Positions 12,661-25,281 of a DNA stretch of 64,000 nt are shown here, one piece after another. The position numbers and the translations under genes were made by a program. Origin of the DNA: Centroscyllium fabricii (lineage: Eukaryota); NCBI GenBank assembly GCA_051313645.2, contig JBNRSN020000026.1, positions 51,398,001-51,462,000 on the forward strand. Reading direction: 5' to 3'. Position 1 is the first letter of the stretch; every line of letters starts with the position of its first letter. The notes under the pieces are model-generated. The model was given only the letters and a program-made list of their open reading frames with translations. It made no database searches and was not told where the DNA came from.

Positions 12661-13317
12661 CAAGTTCAAGTTCAAGTTTAATTTGTCACATGTACGAAAT
12701 ACAACGGGTGCAATCTGGACAGTGAAATGCTTACTGCGATCCGAACGCACCGCACAACAAAGGACATTAAGCTGCCCGGCACGCACGGAGCCCGCAAGAC
12801 ATCAGCCATATTTCGGCGCAATCATCGTGAGACCCGCTCTCGCTCTGGCTTCCCTGTTTGATGTTCTTCTTCTTCTGCCGCTCCGTTTACTTTCACTCCG
12901 CCGCTGTCTCTACTGTTGTGTCGCTCATCGATTCATCGTCGCAGATGTAAAGCGGGAGCGGCGTCCAACGGCCCGGGGCCTGCTTCTCGGCCCGGCACCG
13001 TGCCGGCTTCCCCCGAATCCTCCCGAACTCCCAGCCCACTCCCGACGGACATCCAGTGATGGCCCGCATCCCTCCAGCTACGCCGTCCGACCAGACTCCC
13101 TCCCAGCGTTTCTCGTGGGCGGATGGCGGCGGATTGGCGCTTCGCCCATTCCAGCCCTCACCCGCTCGCCTCCATGGCGGCCGCTCCAGCCGGAACCGGT
13201 CCAGGATCCTGAGCATGGGGGCCGGCCAATTTCCCTCCCACAACTGGCAAGCTGTTCGTGAGGCCCAGGGCTCAAAATGGCTTGGGCCGCGTGTGAAGTG
13301 GTTGCTCCACCATCTTC
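12661..13317 (-). mobile_element. Non-autonomous LINE-related retroelement (Rex1/L2-like ends)
   Basis: On -, ends ACATGTGACAAATTAAA(CTTGAA)n; GC/CpG-rich non-coding body starting AAGATGGTGG. Confidence 0.5.
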
Positions 13318-13777
13318 GCACCCATTTCGGGAGGAAGTCAAAGGTCGCCCCCTTTGCGTTTAAGTCGCATCAGCAGCTGGCAACTGGGTATTTTCCGGTG
13401 ATTCATTCTGTGAGAGCGCAGCAAAACCGCTGCAATGAAAGCTGTGAATTCCATCAGACTCATAGGATTCCTCCTGCTGACAGAGTACCCAGGAGTCACT
13501 TACCTAATTGCCCACTAACTCAGCTTCCACAGGTTGAATGGAGACAAGCAGTTATGACAGACAGATGAGGAAAAGTAATAGCTAATTCAAAGCATATTTT
13601 CTGAACGGTTCAGCTTGCATTTTTGAACAAATTCAACACTAAGTGGGTGAAATTCCTCCCATCAATAATTGATCAAAAATGTTGATGTTTCAAAAGGGAT
13701 TTCCCATGTTGTGCTCGTAGCAAGTTTCTTTTTGGTAAAATTACTGACAGGAGGAATTTCACTCTTAAAGTGATCTG

Positions 13778-14152
13778 AGAAACACAGAAACACAGAAGAT
13801 AGGAGCAGGAGTAGGCCATTCGGCCCTTCGAGCCTCCTCCGCCATTTCTGATGAGATCATGGCTGATCATCCAAACCCAGCACCCCCCTCCTACCCTCTC
13901 CCCATATCCCCCGACACCCCCAACTCTAAGAACTATATCTCACACACATACTCATGGGCAATTTTTAGTGTCTCCAATTCACCTAACCTGCATGTCTTCG
14001 GGTGGTGGGAGGAAACCGGAGTACCCGGAGAAAGCCCACATGAACACGGAGAACATGCAAACTCCACGCAGCGAGGTCCCGGGCCAAGCAGGATTCGAAC
14101 CCAGGAGCTCCTTATTGTGAGGCAGCAGTGCTAACCACTGCGCCGCCGTGCC
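13778..14152 (-). mobile_element. HE1/V-SINE (diverged)
   Basis: tRNA head, V-core, CR1 tail. Confidence 0.8.
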
Positions 14153-14629
14153 ACAAAGATGGAATGTTGTCTATTCATTTCACAACAGTGAATGGATAGG
14201 AAAGTTGTTCTGTATAAGAAGAAGCCGCACTGGAGTATCAGTCTAGATTACGTGTTCAACTCATACAGGCTTAAATCCATAATCTCTGCTGGTCAATATT
14301 TGGATCAAAGAGCAGTTACATATAACCCTTGACAGGGTCATGATCGAGTTCTGTAATACATCTAGCTAGATCTTGGTTGAAACCCAACGTGACGCAAATA
14401 ATTGTCTTAAAATCGAAAGTGGTCGAGACTATGCTAATGTTCAAATGTTCTTATGAAATTCCTTAGTTCCCTGTTTTACTGAAGGGGTTAACCCATTTAA
14501 AATAAGTGGGTAATAGGCTGAGCATTTTTTTTTTGCTTCCTTTGAAGTACAGTAAATGGGTAAAGCTTTCATTAAAAAAGTAGACAAAGAATGTTATCCA
14601 AGCATGTTAACATGTTTGTTTCCCAGTGT

Positions 14630-15055
14630 TTTTTACTTGTGTATTTATGTAGCACTCTGTCATACTCGCAGGAAATCTCAAAGTGCTTTATATGCATTGA
14701 ATTACTATTTTTTTGAAGTGTGGTTTATTATTTTAAGCAGGCAAACACTGCAGCCAATTTGCACACAGCAAAATCCCAGAAACAGGAGAAATGACCTGTT
14801 TTTGGCAGTGTTGAGGGAGGATTGTTGACCAAGATAAATTCCTGCTCTTCCTCCAGTTATACTAAAGGGACTTTTATGTCCACTTTAACAGGTGGGCAGA
14901 GACTAGTATTAACATTTCATCCCAAAGATGGCATCTCTGACAGTGCAGTGTTTCCTCGGCACTGGAGTATCAGTCCAGATTACGTGTTCAACTCATACAG
15001 GCTTAAATCCATAATCTTCTGACTTAGAAGCAAGAGGACAACCAACTGCGCCAAA
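14630..15055 (-). mobile_element. Deu-domain SINE remnant
   Basis: Similar to 1770-2056, with an L2-like tail. Confidence 0.5.
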
Positions 15056-15347
15056 CTGTAGTCATTATAAAATAAACTCACCTACAGCACAACAAGTCTC
15101 ATTATCATTCAGTGAGTCTCACTGTTTTGGGACTGTTCTCACTAAATCTGTTGTGTTGGTATAAGTTATGCACTACTGTGTGCTTAAATTGATTTGTAAT
15201 ATGAGGAGTCATTTGTACTCTAAGTACCAGTCTCACTGGGGCAGTCAGCTCTAGGTGAGATCAAAAATGTTAAAATTAAGCTTTTAAACTTGGATTGTGC
15301 CAGACTTTAATTAAATTGCAGCAGGTGCAAAGCCTAAGCAGTGTTGA

Positions 15348-15897
15348 ATGCAAGAAGTCACACAACACCAGATTATAGTCCAACAGTTTTATTTTAAATC
15401 ACAAGCTTTCGGAGCTTTTGCCCCTTCGTCAGGTGAAAGGGAGAGACTGACTTGAAGAACGCACATATAGAACGAAGGGAGAAATTCGATCTCACCCGCA
15501 TCTCACCTCAGCAGAGCCAGACAGAGTGCACAAAGGCGTATTAACATATTCAAAGAGATTCATTTAAACATAGCATATATATAGAGAGAGAACAATGTGG
15601 TCTCTCCATCTGTTTCACATCACACCTCAGCTGAGGGACATCAAAGCAATTAAAGGTGTTCTAACATATCAGTCAGCCTGAGATCAAAGGGTGCAGTCAC
15701 AAAGGGTCAAACGATACAGTCTGTTGCCCTTGAAAATCCCACAGAATGATTTTTTAAAAAACAAGGATTTTTCTTCCTTAAAATCGCAGAACAAGCCAAA
15801 GATGGTTCGAGTCTGGATGACTCTACATCAGGCGGGGTCACATGTAGCGCAACATAAATCCAATATCACGGTTGAGGCCATGCTCATGGGTGCGGAA
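15348..15897 (-). mobile_element. Penelope-like element 3' end (endonuclease C-terminus, 3'UTR, hammerhead)
   Basis: - strand 15897-15838 reads FRTHEHGLNRDIGFMLRYM*, typical of the PLE GIY-YIG C-terminus; downstream TCACCTGACGAAGGGGCAAAAGCTCCGAAAGCTTGTGA hammerhead core. Confidence 0.8.
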
Positions 15898-15907
15898 CTA
15901 GTGTGCA

Positions 15908-16116
15908 GAGTCTGCGTGGGTTTCCTCCGGGTGCTCCGGTTTCCTCCCACAGTCCAAAGATGTGCGGGTTAGGTTGATTGGCCATGATAAACTGACCCTT
16001 AGTGTTAGGGGGATTAAATATGTGGGGTTACGGGGATAGGGTGGCATTAGTGTTGGTGTAGGCCCGATGGGCCGAAATGGCCTCTATCTGCACTGTAGGG
16101 ATTCTATGATTCTATG
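15908..16116 (+). mobile_element. 5'-truncated HE1/V-SINE with (ATTCTATG)n tail
   Basis: V-core; tail resembles that of the 17362-19362 CR1. Confidence 0.8.
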
Positions 16117-17361
16117 AGGCACTCCCGGGACCTAAAGGAAGGAAGGCTGAAAAGGTAAGAAAAGAAATGTAAAACTTATTTAATCACTTTAGACACACCA
16201 AACACACTTACCTTTGCATTCATGCACACATCACTCACCTGAACACTGACATCTCGACCCCTCCAAGTCCTTCAACCCGACGGCCCGACTCCTCTAACTT
16301 GGCGGGTTTGGAGCCGGCAGAAAACTCACACTTCAACGTTTAAAATAGGGATTAGGCTAAAAACAGGCAGTTAATTGGCACTAATCTCTTCCCACCTCGG
16401 GTAGGCGGGTACCCGCCTCCTTTGAAACTTACATGGAGGCGGGTTGGGTGCGGGATGGGGTCGGGACCCCAAAATTCAGGACTTTAATCCCCTGCACACC
16501 TCCAATCCCAACTCCACGGGTCAATGAAAATCACCCCCTGTGTCTCTCTCCACAGATACTGCTTGACCTGGTGAGTATTTCCAGCATGTTCTGTTTTTAT
16601 TTCATAGAGTCATAATAGAGTCATAGAGTTTTACAGCACAGTAAGAGGCCGTTCGGCCCATCGTGCCCGCGCTGGCCATCAAGCCCTGTCTATTCTAATC
16701 CCATTTTCCAGCACTTGGTCCGTAGCCTTGTATGCTATAGCATCTCAAGTGCTCATCCAAATGCATCTTGAATGTTGTGAGGGTTCCTGCCTCTACCACC
16801 CTTCCAGGCAGCGAGTTCCAGACTCCAAGCACCCTCTGGGTGAAAAAGTTCCTTCTCAAATCCTCTCTAAACCTTCTGCCCCTTACCTTGAAACTATGCC
16901 CCCTGGTTATTGACCCCTCTACGAAGGGAAAAAGTTCCTTTCTATCTACCCTATCTATGCCCCTCATAATTTTGTATACCTCAATCAGGTCCCCCCTCAG
17001 CCTTCTCTGCTCCAAGAAAAACAACCCCAGCCTGTCCAGTCTTTCTTCATAGCTGAAGCACTCCAGCCCAGGTAACATCCTGGTGAATCTCCTCTGTACC
17101 CTCTCCAAAGTAATCACATCCTTCCTATAGTGTGGCCACCAGAACTGCACACAGTATTCCAGCTGTGGTCTTACTAGCGCTTTGTACAGCTCCATCATAA
17201 CCTCCCTGCTCTTATATTCTATGCCTCGGCTAATGAAGGCAAGTATCCCATATGCCTTTTTAACCACCTTATCCACCTGCCCTGCTGCCTTCAGGGATCT
17301 ATGTGCATGCACAACAAGGTCCCTCTGATCCTCTGTCTTTCCTAGGGTCTTACCATTCATT

Positions 17362-19362
17362 AATGAAGAAAAAAAGGGGGGCTTTTAATGAATATAAACG
17401 GCTAAAAACTGAGGAGGCACTAGGGGAGTATAAGAAATATAGGGGGGATTTAAAGAAGGAGATAAGAAAAGCCAAGAGAGGTCATGAGATTACAATGGCC
17501 GGTAAAATCAAGGATAACCCTAAGGCATTTTATAGTTATATAAAAAACAAAAGGATCACGAGGGAAAGGGTGGGGCCCATTAAAGACGATAGCGGAAAGC
17601 TGTGCGTCGAGCCTGAGGAGGTGGGGGAGGTACTAAATGAATTCTTCTCTTCAGTATTCACAAGAGAGAGGGACGATACCGACATCGAAATCGGACAGAA
17701 TGTAGGGGGGGTAATTGAGGATATTACCATTACAAGGGAAGAAGTTCTAGAAATCTTGGGAGGCTTAAAGGTGGACAAATCACCAGGGCCGGACGCAATG
17801 TTCCCCAGGCTGCTGTTCGAGGCCAGGGAGGAGCTTGCGGGCCCCCTGTCTCAAATCTTCAGGACCTCTCTCGCGTCAGGGGATGTACCTGAGGACTGGA
17901 GAACGGCTAATGTAGTACCCCTGTTTAAAAAGGGTAGTAGGGACAAACCGGGCAACTACAGGCCAATCAGTCTTACATCTGTAGTGGGGAAAGTAATGGA
18001 AAAAATTCTGAGGGATAAAATCAATTCGCATTTGGACAACCAAGGTCTAATAAGAGACAGTCAGCATGGCTTCGTCCAAGGTAAGTCGTGCCTGACCAAT
18101 CTGTTGGAATTCTTTGAGGAGGTTACAAAGAGGGTGGATGAAGGGAGTACTGTGGACGTAGTGTATATGGACTTTAGCAAAGCTTTTGATAAAGTCCCAC
18201 ATAGGAGACTAATAACAAAGGTTAGAGCGCACGGGATACAGGGTAACTTGGCACAGTGGATCGAAAATTGGCTGGGGGATAGGAGACAAAGGGTAATGGT
18301 AGAGGGCTGCTTCTGTGACTGGAAACCAGTAACCAGTGGCGTCCCCCAAGGATCGGTTTTGGGACCCTTACTGTTTCTAGTATACATCAACGATTTGGAT
18401 ATGGGAGTAGGGGGTACGATCAGCAAATTCGCTGATGATACGAAAATCGGAAGGGTGGTAAACAACGATGAGGATAGTAAGGGGCTTCAGGAGGATATAG
18501 ATATAATGGTTAATTGGGCAGAAAAATGGCAAATGGAGTTCAACCCAGAGAAATGCGAGGTCATTCAATTCGGTAGACCAAATGGGGTAAGGGAATATAC
18601 CATGAACAACAAAACGTTAAATAGGACCGAGGAACAGAGGGACCTGGGGGTACAGGTGCACAGCTCCCTGAAGGTTGCTGGACACGTTAACAAGGTAGTT
18701 AAGAAGGCATACGGAATTCTCGCCTTTATTAACCAGGGCATAGTATACAAAAGTAGGGAGGTAATGTTAAACTTGTATAACACACTGGTGAGACCTCAGC
18801 TGGAGTACTGTGTGCAGTTCTGGTCACCGCACTACAGGAAGGATGTGGCTGCCCTGGAGAGGGTGCAGAGAAGGTTTACCAGGATGATACCTGGTCTGGG
18901 GGACCTGTGCTACGAGGAAAGGCTGGACAGGCTGGGGTTGTTTGCCTTGGAGAAGAGAAGGTGGAGGGGTGACATGATTGAGGTGTACAAGATCATGAGG
19001 GGACACGATAGGGTAGACAAAGGTGCATTGTTTCCCCTGGTGGGAGAGTCAAGCACTAGGGGACATAGATTCAAGATCAGGGGGGGGAGGTTTAGGGGGG
19101 AGGTAAGGAGAAATTTCTTTACCCAGAGGGTGGTGGAAGACTGGAACTCCCTGCCTGTGAGGGTGGTGGAGGCAGGAACCATCACAACATTTAAAAAATA
19201 CTTGGACCAGCACATGAAGGACCATAACATACAGGGTTATGGGCCAGGTGCGGGCAACTGGGGTTAGTACAGTGAGGAGTTTTTCTGGGCCGGTGCGGAC
19301 TGGATGGGCCGAATGGCCCTTATCCGCACTGTAAAATTTCTATGATTCTATGATTCTATGAT
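17362..19362 (+). mobile_element. Young 5'-truncated CR1 LINE with uninterrupted ORF2 (RT + C-terminal domain)
   Basis: Open frame to 19267 with KSPGPD, NYRPISLTS, SQHGF, GVPQGS, KFADD; 3' stem-loop and (ATTCTATG)n tail. Confidence 0.95.
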
Positions 19363-19809
19363 TGTGTATTCCCCTGCCTTGTTAGTCCTCCCAAAATGCA
19401 TCACCTCACACTTTTCAGGGTTAAATTCCATTTGCCACTGTTCTGCCCATCTGACCAACCCATCTATATCGTCCTGCAGACTGAGGCTTCCCTCCTCGCT
19501 ATTTACCACCCCACCAATTTTCTTGTTGTCTGCGAACTTACTGATCATACATTTTACGTTCATATCTAAATCATTAATGTAGACTACAAACAGCAAGTGA
19601 CCCAGCACTGATCCCTGCGGTACCCCACTGGACACAGACCTCCAGTCACAAAAACAACCTTGTACCATCACCTTCTGCCTCCTGCCACTAAGCCAGTTTT
19701 GGATCCACTGTGCCAAGGTGCCCTGGATCCTATGGGCTCTTAACTTCTTGACCAGTCTCCTATGCGGGACTTTATCAAAAGACTTACTGAAATCCATGCA
19801 TACCACATC

Positions 19810-20068
19810 CATCCAAAGATGTGCAGGTTAGGTTGATTGGCCGGGATGAATTGACCCTTAGTGTTGGGGGGATTAAATGTGTGGGGTTGCGGGGGTAGGG
19901 TGGGATATGTGTCGATGCGGGCTCGATAGGGATCGAGGGATATGGGGAGAAGGCAGGGACAGGGAACTGGGTGGGGATGATCAGCCATGATCTCATTGAA
20001 TGGCGGAGCAGGCTCAAAGGGCCGAATGGCCTACTCCTGCTCCTAGTTTCTATGTTTCTATGTTTCTA
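19810..20068 (+). mobile_element. HE1/V-SINE, 5'-truncated
   Basis: CCAAAGATGTGCAGGTTAGG...(TTTCTATG)n. Confidence 0.85.
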
Positions 20069-20168
20069 TTGCACTACCCTCATCCACACGCCTAGTCAGC
20101 CCCTCGAAAAATTCAATGAAATTGGTCAGACATGATCTTCCCCTGACAAAGCCATGCTGACAATCCTT

Positions 20169-20572
20169 GGGCGGCACGGTGGCATAGTGGTTAGCACTGT
20201 TGCCTTACAGCACTAGAGACCCAGGTTCAAATCTGGCCTCGGGTGACTATCTGTGTGGAGTTTGCACATTCTCCCCGTGTCTGCATGGGTTTCCTCCGGG
20301 TGCTCCGGTTGACTCCCACAGTCCAAAGATGTGCAGGTTAGGTTGATTGGCCAGGATAAATTGACCCTTAGTGTTAGGGGGATTGAATATGTGGGGTTAC
20401 GGGGATAGGGTGGGATATGTGTCGGTGCAAGCTCGATTGGGATATGGGGACAAGGCAGGGACAGGGTGCTGGGTTTGGATGATCAGCCATGATCTCATTG
20501 AATGGCGGAGCAGGCTCGAAGGGCCGAATGGCCTGCTCCTGCTCCTATCTTCTATGTTTCTATGTTTTTATG
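20169..20572 (+). mobile_element. HE1/V-SINE, full length
   Basis: GGGCGGCACGGTGGCATAGTGG tRNA head, V-core, CR1 tail. Confidence 0.9.
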
Positions 20573-22316
20573 TAATCCTTGCCTCTCCAACTGGAGACTA
20601 ATTCTGTCCCTCAGAATTCCAGCATCTGCAGTATTTTCCTTTTGAACTAGTAATTGGTTTGTCTCTGAGAAATACTTTTGAAAAACTTGTCAATTCTGCT
20701 CCTAACAACCTTTAATTCCCCCAAAACGAAAGAAACAGAGTCAATGTTGAGGAGCCATGCTTCGTGAATATCCATATTGGCATCTGGCTAAATATGTTAA
20801 ATCGAACCAGCCAAGTTTGTAAACTTTATTAAGATTGGATTTCAAAACATGTTGAATAATATTCCTTCACGGGTGTGACCCTCAAACACAACACCTCACA
20901 TCATAAGCCCAGCACGTACCGACATGTGCCAGACACCCACGCTATTTTTAAAAAAAGCGTTAATCAAACGTTTGCATGTGACCTGCCTCTGAATGTCCGA
21001 CAGGTTTCACGTTCGATTGAGCCTGGTGCTCAACACACAATCTGCGCCTGTTTCTGCCTTTCACAGTTGCCCAACATGTCCCCTTTAGGGTCACTTGCGG
21101 GATTTGCAGGGGTGGTATTTTAAACGTTTTCACTGTATCTGACTGAACGCTCAATGATATAAAAATGCAATTGCTATCAACTTTTCAGCTGTTTTAAACA
21201 AAGTTTAAAACATGATCTATTAAATTATTGATCTAATCGTGTGAGATACTTCTCTCTACTGGACAATAATGAACCGCTAGTTGCAAGATTGCTTATGGTG
21301 AGCCTTTGATTCAGAAAGATTATTAGTAAACGAAGATAAATTTATAAATTATGGAGTGGCCGATTCTATACTGAAAAAGCACTAGGTGGCACCATTGCAC
21401 ATCGAATAATGGCTCGACAGACAACAACACTGGTTAAAAAAATGGGGTTATCATTCATGTTTCTCGACTCAATCTCCTAGTAACAGAAATGTCCTTACAC
21501 TGTTCGGTAACTTGAAAACGATCAGTGCCCTTTAACTCACAACTACTGAAACGTGTAATAATAAAATAAAACTAGTATTAATCATCTATGAATTGAATTT
21601 ACTGTTTGCTTTCTATTAGCGTCAAGAATCAGTATTCGAATGATGCATGTTGTTGGAGAACTGGGTCCTGATTAGGATTATAAATTAACTTTAGTCACTG
21701 TGTTTTCTAACTAGTAAATTAATTGTATCGCAACGTGTTCCCGTGATCTATAAGGAAAACTACATCAGTTCAGCTTACCTTGCGCTAATTATAGTCCTGC
21801 TGCATTGATTAAGATTGTTTCTGACATCTCGGGACAGGCAACAACTGAGAAAATAGTTCGATAAACTGCAGCTAAATTTCGTAAAACGATATAACGGGAG
21901 CAGCAGACGTATACTGGCAGTTGGCTATTTTATTTCCCTGGCGCTCTCCACCACTGTCTCAGTTAAAAAAAGCCCCGAAAGATAAAATAGGCGCAGTCAC
22001 ACAGTGACTGTAAACATGCCTTTCTGGAGCAAGCATTGCTGTACATTGATGTAAAGGACATCATTAAGTTGGATGTGAAATATTGCAAGATAAAAGGACA
22101 TGTGGTAATTTGTAGGGACTGTCAGTCTGTATTAAGCGCATCTTAAAATAAGTACAATTGGATCTGTTGAGCCAGCTACACTGTTCTCTAAAATAAGGGA
22201 CCCCCTTTCATATGAGTCACTTTTCACATTCTGCAGGTTTTTGGGGGGGGTTTTGAACCAACAGTTTAGTTTCCTTTACTTGCACTTATAAGTTTTTCTC
22301 GACCCTCATAAAAGAG

Positions 22317-22619
22317 CCATGATGTGGAGGTGCCGGTGTTGGACTGGGGTGGACAAATGCAAGAAGTCACACAAACACCAGATTATAGTCCAACAGATTT
22401 ATTTGAAATCACAAGCTTTCGAACCGCTGCTCCTTCCTCAGGTGAAGTAGAGAGATGAATATAGGCACAGCATATAAACACATATAAACACATATCAACA
22501 CATATACTGTGCCTATGTGCATCTCTCTGCTTCACCTGAGGAAGGAGCAGCGCTCCGAAAGCTTGTGATTTCAAATAAATCTGTTGGACTATAACCTGGT
22601 GTTTGTGTGACTTCTTACA
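22317..22619. mobile_element. Fold-back Penelope-derived element with hammerhead cores
   Basis: Inverted arms; TSD CTCATAAAAGAG (22305-22316 / 22620-22631). Confidence 0.85.
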
Positions 22620-22880
22620 CTCATAAAAGAGGACATATTTCCAAGGACCAGAATTCATTGTGTTCACGGCTTTGTTCGCTCCATTTTTCGTGGCACATCA
22701 GATAAACAATTAGTTCAAATCAATTCAATTCAATTCAGGTTTTATTGTCATTGCAGAGTATTAGTACAATACAACGAGACGAAGACTCGACGCTCCCGAG
22801 AGTAGTGCAAATAAATTACATGCATCTTCTGACACCCAGTCCACGCACACTCGGCGCCGCTCGGCGCTGTCACTCTGCGG

Positions 22881-23812
22881 NNNNNNNNNNNNNNNNNNNN
22901 NNNNNNNNNNNNNNNNNNNNNNNNNNNNNNNNNNNNNNNNNNNNNNNNNNNNNNNNNNNNNNNNNNNNNNNNNNNNNNNNNNNNNNNNNNNNNNNNNNNN
23001 NNNNNNNNNNNNNNNNNNNNNNNNNNNNNNNNNNNNNNNNNNNNNNNNNNNNNNNNNNNNNNNNNTCCTCTCCTGTCCTCTCCTATCCTCTCCTCTCCTG
23101 TNNNNNNNNNNNNNNNNNNNNNNNNNNNNNNNNNNNNNNNNNNNNNNNNNNNNNNNNNNNNNNNNNNNNNNNNNNNNNNNNNNNNNNNNNNNNNNNNNNN
23201 NNNNNNNNNNNNNNNNNNNNNNNNNNNNNNNNNNNNNNNNNNNNNNNNNNNNNNNNNNNNNNNNNNNNNNNNNNNNNNNNNNNNNNNNNNNNNNNNNNNN
23301 NNNNNNNNNNNNNNNNNNNNNNNNNNNNNNNNNNNNNNNNNNNNNNNNNNNNNNNNNNNNNNNNNNNNNNNNNNNNNNNNNNNNNNNNNNNNNNNNNNNN
23401 NNNNNNNNNNNNNNNNNNNNNNNNNNNNNNNNNNNNNNNNNNNNNNNNNNNNNNNNNNNNNNNNNNNNNNNNNNNNNNNNNNNNNNNNNNNNNNNNNNNN
23501 NNNNNNNNNNNNNNNNNNNNNNNNNNNNNNNNNNNNNNNNNNNNNNNNNNNNNNNNNNNNNNNNNNNNNNNNNNNNNNNNNNNNNNNNNNNNNNNNNNNN
23601 NNNNNNNNNNNNNNNNNNNNNNNNNNNNNNNNNNNNNNNNNNNNNNNNNNNNNNNNNNNNNNNNNNNNNNNNNNNNNNNNNNNNNNNNNNNNNNNNNNNN
23701 NNNNNNNNNNNNNNNNNNNNNNNNNNNNNNNNNNNNNNNNNNNNNNNNNNNNNNNNNNNNNNNNNNNNNNNNNNNNNNNNNNNNNNNNNNNNNNNNNNNN
23801 NNNNNNNNNNNN
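22881..23812. other. Assembly gap / masked Ns
   Basis: N runs with a 36-bp (TCTCC)n island at 23066-23101; left flank is a retroelement tail (CAATT)n. Confidence 0.99.
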
Positions 23813-24739
23813 CCGTGACTCACACACACACACACCCTGTGCTTCGCCGCCTGTGTGCAGCCTCTTTGGGCGCACCGTGGAAGGGTGGTTTTGTTTTGCA
23901 AAAGGTAGAGAGACAGCATTTGCATTTGTTGTTTTATGGCGTCTGAAACCATGGGAAAAACCTGCAGCACAGGTTAGACCACACCTAACTTCCTGCAACC
24001 AGAGCAGTCTGCTGGATAGCTGGCGGTGGGTTTGGAATCGGTTTCATAGTTTTACACAACATTAAAAAGAACACAATTAAATCTCCGGCATGGACTGGTT
24101 AGACCGAATGGCCTCTTTCTGCGCCGTATACCGATGTACATTATACAAACGGATTAAAAGTGGAAGATCTACGATTTTCAGATTAAAGGATTTCGATATT
24201 TATGTGACAGCGGCTGATAAATTGTATCTTTTTTTTTTAAGTTTCAGTTTAAAGCTCATCGCAGCTATTCAACCGCCGTGAAGTTTGAGTTGCATCCAAC
24301 CTTTAAAAAAATTATAAATATGATTCTTCAGTGGACCCCGTCAATGTGGGTTAAACACAGATTATCAGACCACCTCTCGTAACATGTCTACATTTCCTTT
24401 GTAGTTTTTTCCCTCGAATACGTAACTTGCCATCAACAAAACCTATCCGGAGTTAACACCCCCCCCCCCCCTCCCCCACCCCCCACCCATGCAGGTCGGA
24501 TATCTCCCTTTTAAGAACTAAAGCCAGAGTTATCAAACTGAGAAGTGAAAAAAAATACGAGTCGGAACCTGTTCCGAATTCTGTTTAAATTCTTCGAGCC
24601 CCTTAAAATGAATGCTTGGTGGGACCATCGACAAACAGGCAGACACTTTTAATAGTTGAGGAAGAGTGATAATAGACTTGGCTCCACAAATATGAGCGTG
24701 GGAAGTCTGAAAAAACTTGGACTGGTTCTCTGGGCGACA

Positions 24740-24800
24740 TCTCTGGAACCAATAAGCTTCCTGTATCCACCCTTCTGTTCCATATAATTAGGGGTTTAAC
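24740..24800 (+). promoter_or_regulatory. Putative Dlx3 core promoter
   Basis: CCAAT at ~24749 and TATAAT at ~24783, about 170-210 bp upstream of the ATG. Confidence 0.5.
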
Positions 24801-24956
24801 CACGCTGGGCTTGTTGGGTTACATCAGTTTGCTTTGAGTTGCAGTTGCTGTAAGGATCTCGTCTCCACGGCGCAGAGTGATGTGTGCATAGTTTGATCTT
24901 TGAAAGATTAAATCGTCTATTTTTAATATATACATATATATATATTGTTTGGAACA

Positions 24957-25281
24957 ATGAGTGGAACCTATGAGAAAAAGCTGCCCGGTGTTCTGACGGA
25001 CATCCAGGGCTCCATGGGATGTCACCCTGCGAAAGATTCGCCAACTCTGCCAGAGTCTACGGCTACAGATGTCGGTTACTACAACCCGCAGTCCTGTCAT
25101 CCTCAGCACGATTATTATCCGACTTCAGCCTATTCTCAGCCGGTGAACCACTATCCGTACCATCAATTCAACATCCCCGGGCCTGGCTCCTATTCACAAA
25201 AGCCCGAGTATGCTTACAGTAACTCGTACCGTCAGTATGGGCATTTCAACCGGGAGCATCCAATATCCGCAGCCGAGAGAG
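24957..25281 (+). CDS. DLX3: Distal-less homeobox 3, coding exon 1
   Basis: MSGTYEKKL...KDSPTLPES.ATD.GYY (Dlx2/3/5 N-terminal motif, closest to Dlx3); donor G|GTAAAG, phase 1. Confidence 0.95.

Larger units (their letters stand above)
16608..20168 (-). mobile_element. Older CR1 LINE, split by a nested CR1 and a SINE
   Basis: Pieces 16608-17360, 19363-19810 and 20069-20168 rejoin in frame (...KAGEYT|MNGKTLGK...). Confidence 0.9.

Noticed and set aside
12587-13568. Overlapping 140-224 aa ORFs
   Set aside because: GC-rich repeat sequence with no recognisable domains
17303-17361. Start of the 654-aa ORF as a host gene
   Set aside because: The first ~20 codons are antisense host CR1; the rest is a truncated LINE ORF2
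20169-20240. tRNA gene
   Set aside because: It is the tRNA-derived head of a multi-copy V-SINE
22745-23998. ORFs of 295-416 aa
   Set aside because: Artefacts of N runs
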